This document shows positions 17,251 to 25,881 of a stretch of DNA of 44,278 nt, one piece after another (the stretch's first letter is position 1; each line of letters opens with the position of its first letter). Source of the stretch: a virus; UHGV virus genome UHGV-0261880; one strand, given 5' to 3'. The notes under the pieces were generated by a model, which saw nothing but the letters and a program-made list of their open reading frames with translations, searched no databases and was not told where the DNA came from. The translations under genes were made by a program, and so were the position numbers.

Positions 17251-17275
17251 AAGGCCCCATAACGGGGCCTTTTAT
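17251..17275. terminator. Bidirectional terminator AAGGCCCC-ATAAC-GGGGCCTT
   Basis: 8-bp GC stem followed by TTTATC on plus and preceded by AAATAAAA (T-run on minus); between convergent genes. Confidence 0.55.
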
Positions 17276-17736
17276 CATTCTGGCTTCGTAACCTTCGCCG
17301 CTTTGCTTACTGCCTCTACACCACCGGCATCAGTAACTTTAACGAAATATTCACCAACTGCGTTAACCGTCAGAGACAAAGCCTCTTCCGGGGCGTTTAC
17401 TACTTCCTTACCGTCTTTGTACCAGGTCATCACATATGGCGATTTACCGGCTTTAACTTCGACAGTGATGGTGGCGCTGCCGTTCGCCAGTTCAGTTTCT
17501 TTTGGCTGCACAGAGAAATACACATCGCCAGCGTCCGCCAGATACGGAATCTCGTAAAGCATCCCAGCCGCGGGTAGTGCAATACCGGTTTTATCTGCAA
17601 ACGGCATATCGTCTACAGGTGTACCCAGTACGCTTTCATCTTCAATAAACACCACGTTCTCACCGGAGCCAGACACGCGGGCGTACTGGACAACACGGCG
17701 CGACGGCACATCAGTTACTTTGAAAAAGCCCATCAT
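17275..17736 (-). CDS. Ig-like (Big_2-type) domain protein, candidate head decoration/accessory structural protein
   Basis: 153 aa; C-terminal ATITVEVKAGKSPYVMTWYKDGKEV...GEYFVKVTDAGG is Ig-like. Confidence 0.5.
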   Translation of the reverse strand: MMGFFKVTDVPSRRVVQYARVSGSGENVVFIEDESVLGTPVDDMPFADKTGIALPAAGMLYEIPYLADAGDVYFSVQPKETELANGSATITVEVKAGKSPYVMTWYKDGKEVVNAPEEALSLTVNAVGEYFVKVTDAGGVEAVSKAAKVTKPE

Positions 17737-18812
17737 TATTCCCCTTTCAGATAGTCAGCGACACGTTTATCGAGTTCCGCCATCTGCTTAAGCGTGAGCG
17801 GATTCCCGAAACCATCTACAGATATTACGCGAAACTCTTCCGGTGATATACCGCTGTTGCGGAAAATCTTACCCCGCACCGGGCCGAGAGCCTGGTCCTG
17901 AAACCATGCCGGTTGTTGTTTCAGGAACTCGTAGTACGTGGTGTCTGCGCTTACCTGAGTACCACCATCTGCGCCTTTAGCAGCACGTTTTGCGCCTTTA
18001 TCCAGGAAGTCGAACTCCGAGCTAATTACCGGCGCAGTGGTGCTTCTGCACCCAAAATGGGCGGGGGGCATTGGCCCTTTACCTATTTCCCACGTCATCC
18101 CGTCTCTGGCCCTGCAAATCGTACTGGTACGGCTGTCCAGCGTTGACACCCACTCGTATTTCTCTATGATATCGTCGTTCTGGCGGTACGTCTCGTTGCG
18201 TGCTTCGTTGGACACATGGGACAACGCAGTGCGGATTACGGTAGCTGCGTTTCGTTCTGAGATATCCGCCAGCCCACCAGCGCCCACGACATTCTTAACA
18301 ATCTGCCGTGTGGTTTGGCCTTGTACAAAGCCCATCTTAACGCCGGTTACCAGGCGCGCGACCTCCGCTTCGCCCCAACCTGACATCAGTTTAGCGAAGT
18401 CAACCGGCTTGTAACTTAACGATAATGGCTGAAACTCAGCAGCGGCCCACACCTGCTCGGCGGTAGGTGTAACAAATTCCGCGTTAACGTTAGCCGTCAG
18501 TGTCTTAGCATTCCACTCAGCCTCATATGCAGCCAGTTCTTTAAGGTCTTCTGTCAGTTTTGTTTGCCAGTCACCTGTAAGTCCGGTCAGTGCTTCTTCG
18601 AGGTCGCGTAACAGTTTATTCAGTCGCCGTGTGGAGCGACCGTCGTCGCCGAATAGCAACACCTGCCGTTTGATTTCATCCCGCATTTCCTGAATGAACG
18701 GTGCAAGGTCTTTCACTTCTCCGGAAGCGGTTCGTTGCAGCCATATCTGGTGGCTGATTAGAGATGTAAGTAAGCTCATAGATACACCCTGTGGCGCTAA
18801 AGTTAATAGCAT
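17736..18812 (-). CDS. Head morphogenesis protein (Mu F / SPP1 gp7-like minor head protein)
   Basis: 358 aa directly after portal; size and position typical of this family. Confidence 0.65.
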   Translation of the reverse strand: MLLTLAPQGVSMSLLTSLISHQIWLQRTASGEVKDLAPFIQEMRDEIKRQVLLFGDDGRSTRRLNKLLRDLEEALTGLTGDWQTKLTEDLKELAAYEAEWNAKTLTANVNAEFVTPTAEQVWAAAEFQPLSLSYKPVDFAKLMSGWGEAEVARLVTGVKMGFVQGQTTRQIVKNVVGAGGLADISERNAATVIRTALSHVSNEARNETYRQNDDIIEKYEWVSTLDSRTSTICRARDGMTWEIGKGPMPPAHFGCRSTTAPVISSEFDFLDKGAKRAAKGADGGTQVSADTTYYEFLKQQPAWFQDQALGPVRGKIFRNSGISPEEFRVISVDGFGNPLTLKQMAELDKRVADYLKGE

Positions 18813-18848
18813 ACTATAAGAAAGCCCCTTTCGGGGCTATATGTGAAC

Positions 18849-20348
18849 TTACTGCTTAGCGGTGTCTTGTTGCTTAGCGGTGTCTTGTTGCTGCGCCGAC
18901 TGCGGAATTTCTCCGGATACTTGGGTAACAGCACCCAACGGCAGAGGTGCGTCCTCAATAGCGTTCTGAATGTCCTCGTCCGTCCAGTCAGTTACACCTG
19001 CCTTGCGCAACGCAGCATAATAAGCGGTAGCCGGTAACAGGCCCGCGTTAATATCCGCCATCCACTGAGTACGGTCCTGAGCGGTCATCGGTTGCAGGAA
19101 GAACTCCATATTCAGCTTGAACTCAATCTCGGTGCCTTCACGCAATCCAAGCATCGCAGCTACCCAGCGCAACGCATCGGTATACGCCATACTTACGTTA
19201 CGTGCGATTGTTGCCATGACGGACGTATCGGCGCCGCGTTGCAGACGGGCCGATTCAGCGGTGATTTGCTGCGTCGGGGTGATAAGCTGTGCGCCAATCT
19301 GGACAGCCTGATTTTCTTTATCCAGCATGTTCTGCTTAGCGAGGTTGTTCTCCCCAGCCTGAACCAGAAACGCATTGCCGCCGTAGCCGATGTTATGGCC
19401 TGAGCGCGACCCCATGCGCACGCCGTGGGGATTGGCTTCTTTCCACTGCTCCATGCTCATGTTCTCGCCAGGGGCGATGAACAGAGTGGGCTGGCCCACA
19501 ACGAAGCTTGATTCCTCATTGTCCGCGCTGTTGCGGAAATGTCCGATATTAAGTTCAGCCAACGGCAACAAAGGGGCATCGTCGATGGTTGCGTCGTTGT
19601 TGCTCGCTCCAATGAACGTGAAGGGGATTTTGCCGCGTAACTGTTCGCCAAGTTCCGGGAAGATTTCGATTACTTCACCCTGTGCACCACCTTCTGCATC
19701 GAAGCGATAGATTCGCTGGCGGTAGTGACCGTCAATAAGGTCAAGGACGCGGTATTGCTCACCGAACTTTGTCTCAAATTCCGCGCCGGGTTCTGAGTAT
19801 TCCCATACTTCTCGCAACACAACCATTGTCACACGGTTAACTGAACCTACGCGAGTCAGTCGCCAGTTGATGATGTTCTCTGCGGTATAGAATGCGATGA
19901 CCGGGTTTAATAATCCCGCATTCTGTTCTGCCGCCGTCGCCGCGGCTGTCTCCGGGGCGTCCACCAGCAACCCGCCACGGCCTACTGAGTCAATCTCCAT
20001 CAGCGTATCCTGCGCGTGCTGCCACAGCCCGACACCAGAACCGTCGGCGTTACGTAATAGGTACTCAAGCTCAGGCGGGATAATCTGCTCGGGGTCTTTG
20101 CGCATCACGGACCCGACCATCCCCACCAGCGTTCTCTTGGTGAAGTTGTAGCAGATAGCGCCGTTCTCGTATTCTTCCTGGCGCTGTGCTGCATATTTAG
20201 GGTCCGGCTCGTTCTTCCCGACGTTGCGCAGATAGCGAATAAGGTCGCCTTCCAGCGCGTGGCGTACCTTCTGCCATTTATCGAAGTGATGCAGCCATTC
20301 CCGGTGTTTTGTCTTAACACCCTGATTCTGACCGTTCATAGTTAACAT
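18849..20348 (-). CDS. Portal protein
   Basis: 499 aa immediately downstream of large terminase; size and position. Confidence 0.85.
   Translation of the reverse strand: MLTMNGQNQGVKTKHREWLHHFDKWQKVRHALEGDLIRYLRNVGKNEPDPKYAAQRQEEYENGAICYNFTKRTLVGMVGSVMRKDPEQIIPPELEYLLRNADGSGVGLWQHAQDTLMEIDSVGRGGLLVDAPETAAATAAEQNAGLLNPVIAFYTAENIINWRLTRVGSVNRVTMVVLREVWEYSEPGAEFETKFGEQYRVLDLIDGHYRQRIYRFDAEGGAQGEVIEIFPELGEQLRGKIPFTFIGASNNDATIDDAPLLPLAELNIGHFRNSADNEESSFVVGQPTLFIAPGENMSMEQWKEANPHGVRMGSRSGHNIGYGGNAFLVQAGENNLAKQNMLDKENQAVQIGAQLITPTQQITAESARLQRGADTSVMATIARNVSMAYTDALRWVAAMLGLREGTEIEFKLNMEFFLQPMTAQDRTQWMADINAGLLPATAYYAALRKAGVTDWTDEDIQNAIEDAPLPLGAVTQVSGEIPQSAQQQDTAKQQDTAKQ
18853..18888. repeat. Perfect tandem duplication of an 18-bp unit (TGCTTAGCGGTGTCTTGT x2) at the 3' end of the portal gene
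   Basis: Encodes duplicated C-terminal peptide ...QQDTAKQQDTAKQ of the portal protein. Confidence 0.8.
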
Positions 20349-20360
20349 TGAATAATCCTC

Positions 20361-21611
20361 TTAAAGTGCGAAAGTCACCGGGATGTTGATTACGGGTTTA
20401 ACCACCGGCATCTCGTAAACTACAGGATAGCCGAGAGCATCTGCCATATGGTCAATGATGCCGTCTTTAGCGGGCTCTCCGTTATCGTCGTATGCCTGCT
20501 GCTCCAGCGTCTTCGCTATCTCAGGGCATAAGTGGTCGTTAACCCACAGCTTACCTTTTTCCAGCGCGGTATTCACCGCTAAAACACGGTCTTTAACCGG
20601 GGGGTTGGCTGATTTAGCGCGAACATCAAAACCGGCCTGCTGGAGTAACGCGATATCTGAGATTGATGCTGAGTTGGTCTTGCGGTTCTTACCGCTGGCG
20701 TCGGGGTAAACGACAATGCGGTGGCCTTGCGACTTCCACTTCTCGGTAATTACGCGCACAGTATCTGGCGTATCGAACAAGCCTTTCAGTTCAGCCACCG
20801 CGTGCCATCCGTCTTTACGCTGCACATACACTGCGCTTGCGTTCTTCGTAACGTTGAAGTCCTGCCCGATGTACAGTGTGTCGCCGGGTTGAATTGTCTC
20901 TTTGCTGCGGTGCTTATGACGGTCGTATGCGTAATACACGCTGCCGGACGTCAGGTTTACGAACTCACCATTCAGATACGCGTTAATCAGTTGCGCCGGG
21001 TAAGTCTCTGTCAGCGAGCTAATGTAATCCGAGGGAAGGAATCGCGCATTCTCGTGAGTTGATGCCTGCACCATTGAGTAACTCGGTGTGGGGTTCTCTT
21101 TGAACTTGGCGTAGACGAACTTGAACCCTTCCGGCGTCGTGGTGACGGAGATGTGGTTGGTTACACCAGGAATAACAAGTCGCATACGGGCTACGATTTT
21201 ATTCCACGCCAGCTCAGCTTTCTCGCGGCTCAGTACGTCCAACTCATCCACGACCGCCGCGGCGATTTTGAAACCCACAATCGAGCCGGGGTTATCCATC
21301 GAACGGCAGATAACAGTTCCGAGCACTGTCTTACCGCGAGTGACAACGACTTCTTTGTCGCCGGATTTAACCAGCACATCAAGGCTGAGTAGATTAGCCG
21401 CTTCCTCGAACGTCGGGTAGAAGATGTCACGTATAGCGGGGTATGTGGGGCCAAAGTAGCCCAGGCGCGTACCGGGGTGCTTGAGCATAAATGTGAGCAG
21501 GTCCAGACAGCCGACAAATGTCTTGCCACTTCCGAAGCCGCCGACGTAGGCTTTGTATTTGTTATCGCAATTCAGGAACAGCGCCTGAGGGGCGGATAGC
21601 TGAATACTCAT
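20361..21611 (-). CDS. Terminase large subunit
   Basis: 416 aa; Walker A GGFGSGKT near N-terminus; nuclease-like C-terminal half; overlaps small-subunit stop. Confidence 0.9.
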   Translation of the reverse strand: MSIQLSAPQALFLNCDNKYKAYVGGFGSGKTFVGCLDLLTFMLKHPGTRLGYFGPTYPAIRDIFYPTFEEAANLLSLDVLVKSGDKEVVVTRGKTVLGTVICRSMDNPGSIVGFKIAAAVVDELDVLSREKAELAWNKIVARMRLVIPGVTNHISVTTTPEGFKFVYAKFKENPTPSYSMVQASTHENARFLPSDYISSLTETYPAQLINAYLNGEFVNLTSGSVYYAYDRHKHRSKETIQPGDTLYIGQDFNVTKNASAVYVQRKDGWHAVAELKGLFDTPDTVRVITEKWKSQGHRIVVYPDASGKNRKTNSASISDIALLQQAGFDVRAKSANPPVKDRVLAVNTALEKGKLWVNDHLCPEIAKTLEQQAYDDNGEPAKDGIIDHMADALGYPVVYEMPVVKPVINIPVTFAL

Positions 21612-22153
21612 TCCTCTACCTCGCCCATGTTCGTGGTAACGATTTTACCTACAGGCTCTGCAACACTGAAAATAATCTCAGTCGGTGCAGTTTCTTCGGT
21701 GGATTCAACCGGTTTCTCTTTACCAAGACCCAGCTTAGCGGCAGCAAACGTCGCCGAGATGCCCGCGGCCCCTGTCTCAGTGAAGTACGCCTCTTCCAGT
21801 GCCTGTGCTGTTTCCCAGGCTTCTGCAAATGCGGGAATCTCGCGCAACCACAGCTTAATAATCGGTATAGTGACGCCGATGTGTAAGGCGAAGCGGGCCA
21901 GTGATGGTGGCTTATCCTGAATCAGCGGGCGTTCGTCGCCCTTAGACGTAGGCACAAGTTCCCACGACGTGCGGTCGAAGAACTCGATTAACGCGTCGCA
22001 ATAGTCCGGGTCCCACAACGCGGCGGAATTACGGGATGATTGATAAAGGCTCTGTTTACCGCGCGGTCGTTTACGGCGACGGTTTGCGCTAACAGCTTCT
22101 TCATGTGCAGCTTGCACCACCTCTGGCGATGGCTGCTTGAGTTTCAGCTTCAT
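21608..22153 (-). CDS. Terminase small subunit
   Basis: Track ORF trimmed to ATG ~22153 (MKLKLKQPSPE...) with AAGGGGA RBS; HTH-like PSLARFALHIGVTIPIIKLWLRE segment; immediately upstream of large terminase. Confidence 0.6.
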   Translation of the reverse strand: MKLKLKQPSPEVVQAAHEEAVSANRRRKRPRGKQSLYQSSRNSAALWDPDYCDALIEFFDRTSWELVPTSKGDERPLIQDKPPSLARFALHIGVTIPIIKLWLREIPAFAEAWETAQALEEAYFTETGAAGISATFAAAKLGLGKEKPVESTEETAPTEIIFSVAEPVGKIVTTNMGEVEE

Positions 22154-22371
22154 AGAATCCCCTTGCATATGCGTCTGACCATCAGAGCGCACCAGACGCG
22201 CCCTACGCGTCTAAAGGGATTATATAAGGGGATTGGGCGGGATGTACAGAAAACCCTCCGTAGAGGGCTTGCATCAGTTGTATAGGCCGTGTCGTGAGGC
22301 TCTTTTACCATCGCCGCCGTAATGGTCGTTAGCTACGGCAATAACCCAGGCGTTAGGGACGATTAGTAGTC

Positions 22372-22554
22372 TCATTTGAAAAACCACAAAAGGATGCCTG
22401 CCACGCCTGATACACCCATGCCTAAAAACATAGGCCACCACAGGTAACGAGGGAGACTGTTAAACAGAGTCGGTTGTTTTATCAGCACACCGAGAAAGGC
22501 CAGCCAAAACACCAGGTCACCAGCAACATTCGTAGCCCTCAAAATCTCAATCAT
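22372..22554 (-). CDS. Small membrane protein
   Basis: 60 aa with two hydrophobic segments. Confidence 0.35.
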   Translation of the reverse strand: MIEILRATNVAGDLVFWLAFLGVLIKQPTLFNSLPRYLWWPMFLGMGVSGVAGILLWFFK

Positions 22555-22811
22555 TCCCTGCTCTCCTCTTTAGCAATGCGTTGCTCTGTTTTAGTGATAC
22601 CGCGGCGCGTGAATAACACCGGGCTTGTCTTAACGTGCGTCATCAGACGGTTGTTATAAATTACGTGGCGTTCGCAATCAACGTCTTTGCTGTACTTCGC
22701 AATCGTCATTTCGTTGATGCCGGTTTGTCTGCAAGTCTCCGCCATCGTGCCAAATTCTTTAATCAGGTTCGGAATGCTGGTAATCATCCTACGAAATTCC
22801 TCGTTGTCCAC
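22551..22811 (-). CDS. Hypothetical protein, possible HTH
   Basis: 86 aa ORF in coupled early-gene array. Confidence 0.4.
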   Translation of the reverse strand: MDNEEFRRMITSIPNLIKEFGTMAETCRQTGINEMTIAKYSKDVDCERHVIYNNRLMTHVKTSPVLFTRRGITKTEQRIAKEESRE

Positions 22812-22954
22812 ATCGCATTCGGATATTTGTTATCGCGGTCCTGCACTACGGCAATCATGTTACCCCGTTGCACCAGGCAGAAGTGCCGTTGTTGCTCGCC
22901 GTTGTAACGACGCCATATTGCTTCTTCGATTGCTGCGTTGATGTCACTGAACAT
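22784..22954 (-). CDS. Hypothetical small protein (56 aa), below ORF-track cutoff
   Basis: ATG 3 nt after the upstream stop; translates MFSDINAAIEEAIWRRYNGEQQRHFCLVQRGNMIAVVQDRDNKYPNAMWTTRNFVG; stop overlaps next gene. Confidence 0.3.
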   Translation of the reverse strand: MFSDINAAIEEAIWRRYNGEQQRHFCLVQRGNMIAVVQDRDNKYPNAMWTTRNFVG

Positions 22955-22956
22955 AA

Positions 22957-23148
22957 TTACCTCACTATCTCATCACCCAGCCACGCAGTTTCTCGTATAT
23001 CATCGACCACACAAGCGGCGTGCTCGCGGCTAATTGCAAAAATGTAGAAGCTGAACTTCTTCCCGTCGGCGTCGATGTGGTTAACTGAGTAGGGTTTCCA
23101 CAGGACGCCATCGATAACTACTGGCTCAGGCGCTTTCATCGGAGTCAC
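22957..23148 (-). CDS. Hypothetical protein
   Basis: 63 aa coupled ORF. Confidence 0.4.
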   Translation of the reverse strand: MTPMKAPEPVVIDGVLWKPYSVNHIDADGKKFSFYIFAISREHAACVVDDIRETAWLGDEIVR

Positions 23149-23441
23149 TCTACGCTAATGCGGCGTATCTGGTACGTAGCTCCGAGTTCGTTTCGCAAGA
23201 GAAACGCTTTATACTCCTGTGCGTCCGATTCTTTCAAAAACGCTCTCCCTATAGTCTGTACGCCGTTTTTGGTGCGGGTTACTATACTTACACCGTTTTC
23301 ATTCTTCATGCGTTCAAGTAACATCTTAAACGCCTCCAGTTGAAACTCACCGTTAATTGACAGTTGCCCACCTAACGTCTGTTTCTCTGACTCAAGCACC
23401 AGAATACGGCGCTCAAGTGATGCTATCGTGATTTTAGGCAT
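23145..23441 (-). CDS. Hypothetical protein
   Basis: 98 aa coupled ORF. Confidence 0.45.
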   Translation of the reverse strand: MPKITIASLERRILVLESEKQTLGGQLSINGEFQLEAFKMLLERMKNENGVSIVTRTKNGVQTIGRAFLKESDAQEYKAFLLRNELGATYQIRRISVE

Positions 23442-23677
23442 TATTCGGCCCCCTCATAAAAATCTCCATTTCGGTAATCCCCGTCGAAATCGTCGGAAAT
23501 AGCGCACCCCTTGTTCAGGTTGAAGCGGTTAATCAGTTCACGACGCGTCTCGTAAAGCGACTCAACCATTTGCTCGGCTACAGCGATTTTGGTATTCAGG
23601 ACGTGCATCACGTGTCCAATATCTACGCCGCTGTTAACTGCCTCTACCATCATCTTTTCGTACTCACGGTCAGTCAT
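23441..23677 (-). CDS. Hypothetical protein
   Basis: 78 aa coupled ORF. Confidence 0.45.
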   Translation of the reverse strand: MTDREYEKMMVEAVNSGVDIGHVMHVLNTKIAVAEQMVESLYETRRELINRFNLNKGCAISDDFDGDYRNGDFYEGAE

Positions 23678-23831
23678 TTTTACGCTCTCCCCACATGCGA
23701 TTTAGATACTTGTTCTTGTCCGGCCCCGGGAAACTGTTACGTTTCATCAGTTCCTCGCGTGTCGGGAACGGGGTGTGACTTACTTTACGGCCGACTCGTA
23801 ATGGTTGACTGACTGGACCTTGTTCGCTCAT
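23674..23831 (-). CDS. Hypothetical small protein (~52 aa), below cutoff
   Basis: ATGA overlaps with both neighbours; translates MSEQGPVSQPLRVGRKVSHTPFPTREELMKRNSFPGPDKNKYLNRMWGERKND. Confidence 0.3.
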
Positions 23832-24025
23832 TCTACAACCTCCCATTTAACGCCGTGGAAACCATCGCCTTCATCGTTGCCAAAGTCTATGAAAATATCG
23901 CAGTCGTCGTCGGCGACTATATAACCGAAACCAGTAGCTGTCGGGTTGCATACATCATACACTTTGCCCTCTGTCACATAGTCAAGGGCGGGTAACCAGA
24001 GAATTTTAACGGCTTTAACTTTCAT
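23828..24025 (-). CDS. Hypothetical protein
   Basis: 65 aa coupled ORF. Confidence 0.4.
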   Translation of the reverse strand: MKVKAVKILWLPALDYVTEGKVYDVCNPTATGFGYIVADDDCDIFIDFGNDEGDGFHGVKWEVVE

Positions 24026-24171
24026 TTCTTCTCTCCTGCATAAGCTGCTTTCAGTGCCTTCATCGCCGCAGCCCAGAACGAGTCCGCAGGAATGCTTCCA
24101 CCAAGGTTGCTAACGGCGATACGTGCCATCAGTTGTGCGTCTTCGAATGCTTCTGTATCTGTGATTTTCAT
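24022..24171 (-). CDS. Hypothetical small protein (49 aa), below cutoff
   Basis: ATG preceded by AAGGGGTG; translates [49 protein letters not shown]; stop overlaps next start. Confidence 0.35.
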   Translation of the reverse strand: MKITDTEAFEDAQLMARIAVSNLGGSIPADSFWAAAMKALKAAYAGEKK

Positions 24172-24270
24172 TTTCCAAACACCCCTTTAGTTTTCAGATT
24201 ATGGCGGTAGAACTGCATCACATGTTCGTTATGGAAGTTACTTGATGGATATTCTTTCATGGTGCCGCCC

Positions 24271-24438
24271 TTACCAGGCGGTACGAATCATGTTGGCAAT
24301 ATAACGGGGCGTTTCATCTTTATTCCCGTTAGCGATAACCTCAAACCATTTAGCCATCATCAAATCTACGTCCTGTTCGTTGTTGCCCCATTTTATTAAT
24401 AATGCTTTAACTTTCTGCTCTGTAGTTTGCTTAGCCAT
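24271..24438 (-). CDS. Hypothetical small protein (55 aa), below cutoff; first gene after promoter
   Basis: ATG preceded by GGAG; translates [55 protein letters not shown]. Confidence 0.35.
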   Translation of the reverse strand: MAKQTTEQKVKALLIKWGNNEQDVDLMMAKWFEVIANGNKDETPRYIANMIRTAW

Positions 24439-24472
24439 TTCTGTTTACTCCGTTCTCGTTGTCGATGGAGTA

Positions 24473-24501
24473 AATATAATTGGTGTAAGAGTAATAGTCA
24501 A
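24473..24501 (-). promoter_or_regulatory. Sigma70-like promoter TTGACT-N17-TATATT (minus strand)
   Basis: Near-consensus hexamers with 17-bp spacer, immediately downstream of a strong terminator and ~35 nt upstream of the 24438 start. Confidence 0.5.
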
Positions 24502-24523
24502 CTAGTCATTGCAGAAAATAGAT

Positions 24524-24555
24524 AAAAAAAATCCCGGCTGGGTCAGGGCCGGGAT
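24524..24555 (-). terminator. Rho-independent terminator ATCCCGGC-loop-GCCGGGAT followed by T8 (minus strand)
   Basis: 8-bp stem, 9-nt loop, A8 on plus strand = U-tract for minus transcripts; downstream of endolysin. Confidence 0.6.
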
Positions 24556-24767
24556 AAAACTGGAGAGTAGAGGGATGAAGCAGGAGGTGATTTAAGTATC
24601 GTCGGATTAGTCTTATGTGTCAACCTTCGCCGTAACCAATAGACTCGTCGATATCGTCACGAGATTTAACTGGGTTGGTGAACTCTTGTAGTGCCATAAC
24701 GGCCCCCATTAGCAAATACGAAAAAACTTGGCCTAACCAGAATACTAAACGCCTTCGTATTCGTCCA

Positions 24768-25271
24768 TCATTTAACAGCCCTCCCAATAGCCTCTGCCTC
24801 CTGCCACGGTTTACCGTCGAACAGTGCCAGGCGACCTGCAACACGTCGGCGTAGACCTAACACAGGCTCGAGTTTACCTGTTTTCGGGTTGCGTTGGTTA
24901 ATGAACTGGCTCATCTTGTGCCGTAAGGTAGGGGTGTCACCCTGCCGCAGCGCCTTACCGGTTCCGGTAGTAGCCGCGATAACGCCGGTTCCTGCGTTAA
25001 ACACCAGGTCAACAACGGCATCGAACTGAGCCTGGGTCAGAGACGGATGGGCTACTTCATCGACTGCTTTCACCGCCCACTGCATATCGCGGTTCAGTAA
25101 CAGCAACCCCTGGCCTTCGGTAATCTTCTGCCCTTCATACACATCCGGACCGGTATGACCCCAACCTATAGTCCAGTATTTTTCGTTCTTTGTTGCTTTG
25201 TATGCAGTTCCGCGAAACTTCTCCCACGCTTTCTTGAACTGCAATCCATTATCTGAAATATTTCGAGACAC
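24768..25271 (-). CDS. Endolysin, phage lysozyme (GH24-like)
   Basis: Track ORF trimmed to GTG ~25271 with GGAGG RBS; NISDNGLQFKKAWEKF...YWTIGWGHTG matches phage lysozyme N-terminal pattern. Confidence 0.8.
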   Translation of the reverse strand: MSRNISDNGLQFKKAWEKFRGTAYKATKNEKYWTIGWGHTGPDVYEGQKITEGQGLLLLNRDMQWAVKAVDEVAHPSLTQAQFDAVVDLVFNAGTGVIAATTGTGKALRQGDTPTLRHKMSQFINQRNPKTGKLEPVLGLRRRVAGRLALFDGKPWQEAEAIGRAVK

Positions 25272-25521
25272 GCTTATGTCCTCCGTACGACAGCCACGCC
25301 TGACGAATCTGACGCAGCGCAACTAATGTGATTAACGTCTCGGGCAACGTAGGCGACATGCTGCCCTGTAACAGGTGGATACATCCGGCGGCGCAGACTA
25401 TAGCGGTCAGGATATAGAGCACCCGGCCAAATAGCCCGTCGTCAACGCTGGGATGGTACACATTAAACAGCGATGTGCCCCCGATTGCCAGCATACCGCC
25501 GAACCAGAATAACTCATTCAT
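25249..25521 (-). CDS. Small two-TM membrane protein (second holin / antiholin candidate)
   Basis: Track ORF trimmed to ATG ~25521 (MNELFWFGGMLAIGG...); two hydrophobic helices; overlaps holin stop and endolysin start. Confidence 0.45.
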   Translation of the reverse strand: MNELFWFGGMLAIGGTSLFNVYHPSVDDGLFGRVLYILTAIVCAAGCIHLLQGSMSPTLPETLITLVALRQIRQAWLSYGGHKRVSKYFR

Positions 25522-25822
25522 CTGGGCCTCCTCGACGTGCGATGTATTCTCCGGCGACGATGCTGGAGAGACGGGAATAGATAGGCATCCAGAGAACAGC
25601 GATAATGAAGCCCAGGCCTGCGATTTCACGGTCGCCCGTGATACCGAACCATTGAGCCGCGAGAGGTGCACCGAATACGGCGCAGGTGAAGCCAGTTGCA
25701 ATAAAGCAGAAGCCGTCGATAGGGCCAGAAATAACGGACTTATGTTGTCGTAGGCCGATTACCCCTCCTGCTAGTGCGGCAGCCAGAAGCCACCCCGTCA
25801 CTGTTTCAGTAAATTTATCCAA
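25514..25822 (-). CDS. Holin (three predicted TM segments)
   Basis: 102 aa; TM-like segments VTGWLLAAALAGGVIGL, GFCFIATGFTCAVFGAPLAAQWF, IAGLGFIIAVLWMPIY; charged C-terminus; upstream of endolysin. Confidence 0.55.
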   Translation of the reverse strand: MDKFTETVTGWLLAAALAGGVIGLRQHKSVISGPIDGFCFIATGFTCAVFGAPLAAQWFGITGDREIAGLGFIIAVLWMPIYSRLSSIVAGEYIARRGGPDE

Positions 25823-25881
25823 GATGAATCCTCCAGGTGCGTATTAAGTATGCAGTAACTGGAGGATAGCACGGTTAGGAT

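Noticed and set aside
18853-18888. Possible CRISPR-like repeat
   Set aside because: Only two directly abutting copies with no spacers, and located inside the portal coding sequence; a tandem duplication, not an array.
24620-24844. 74-aa minus-strand ORF overlapping the endolysin 3' end
   Set aside because: N-terminal two-thirds overlap the endolysin gene out of frame; only a ~25-codon tail is free, with no RBS.
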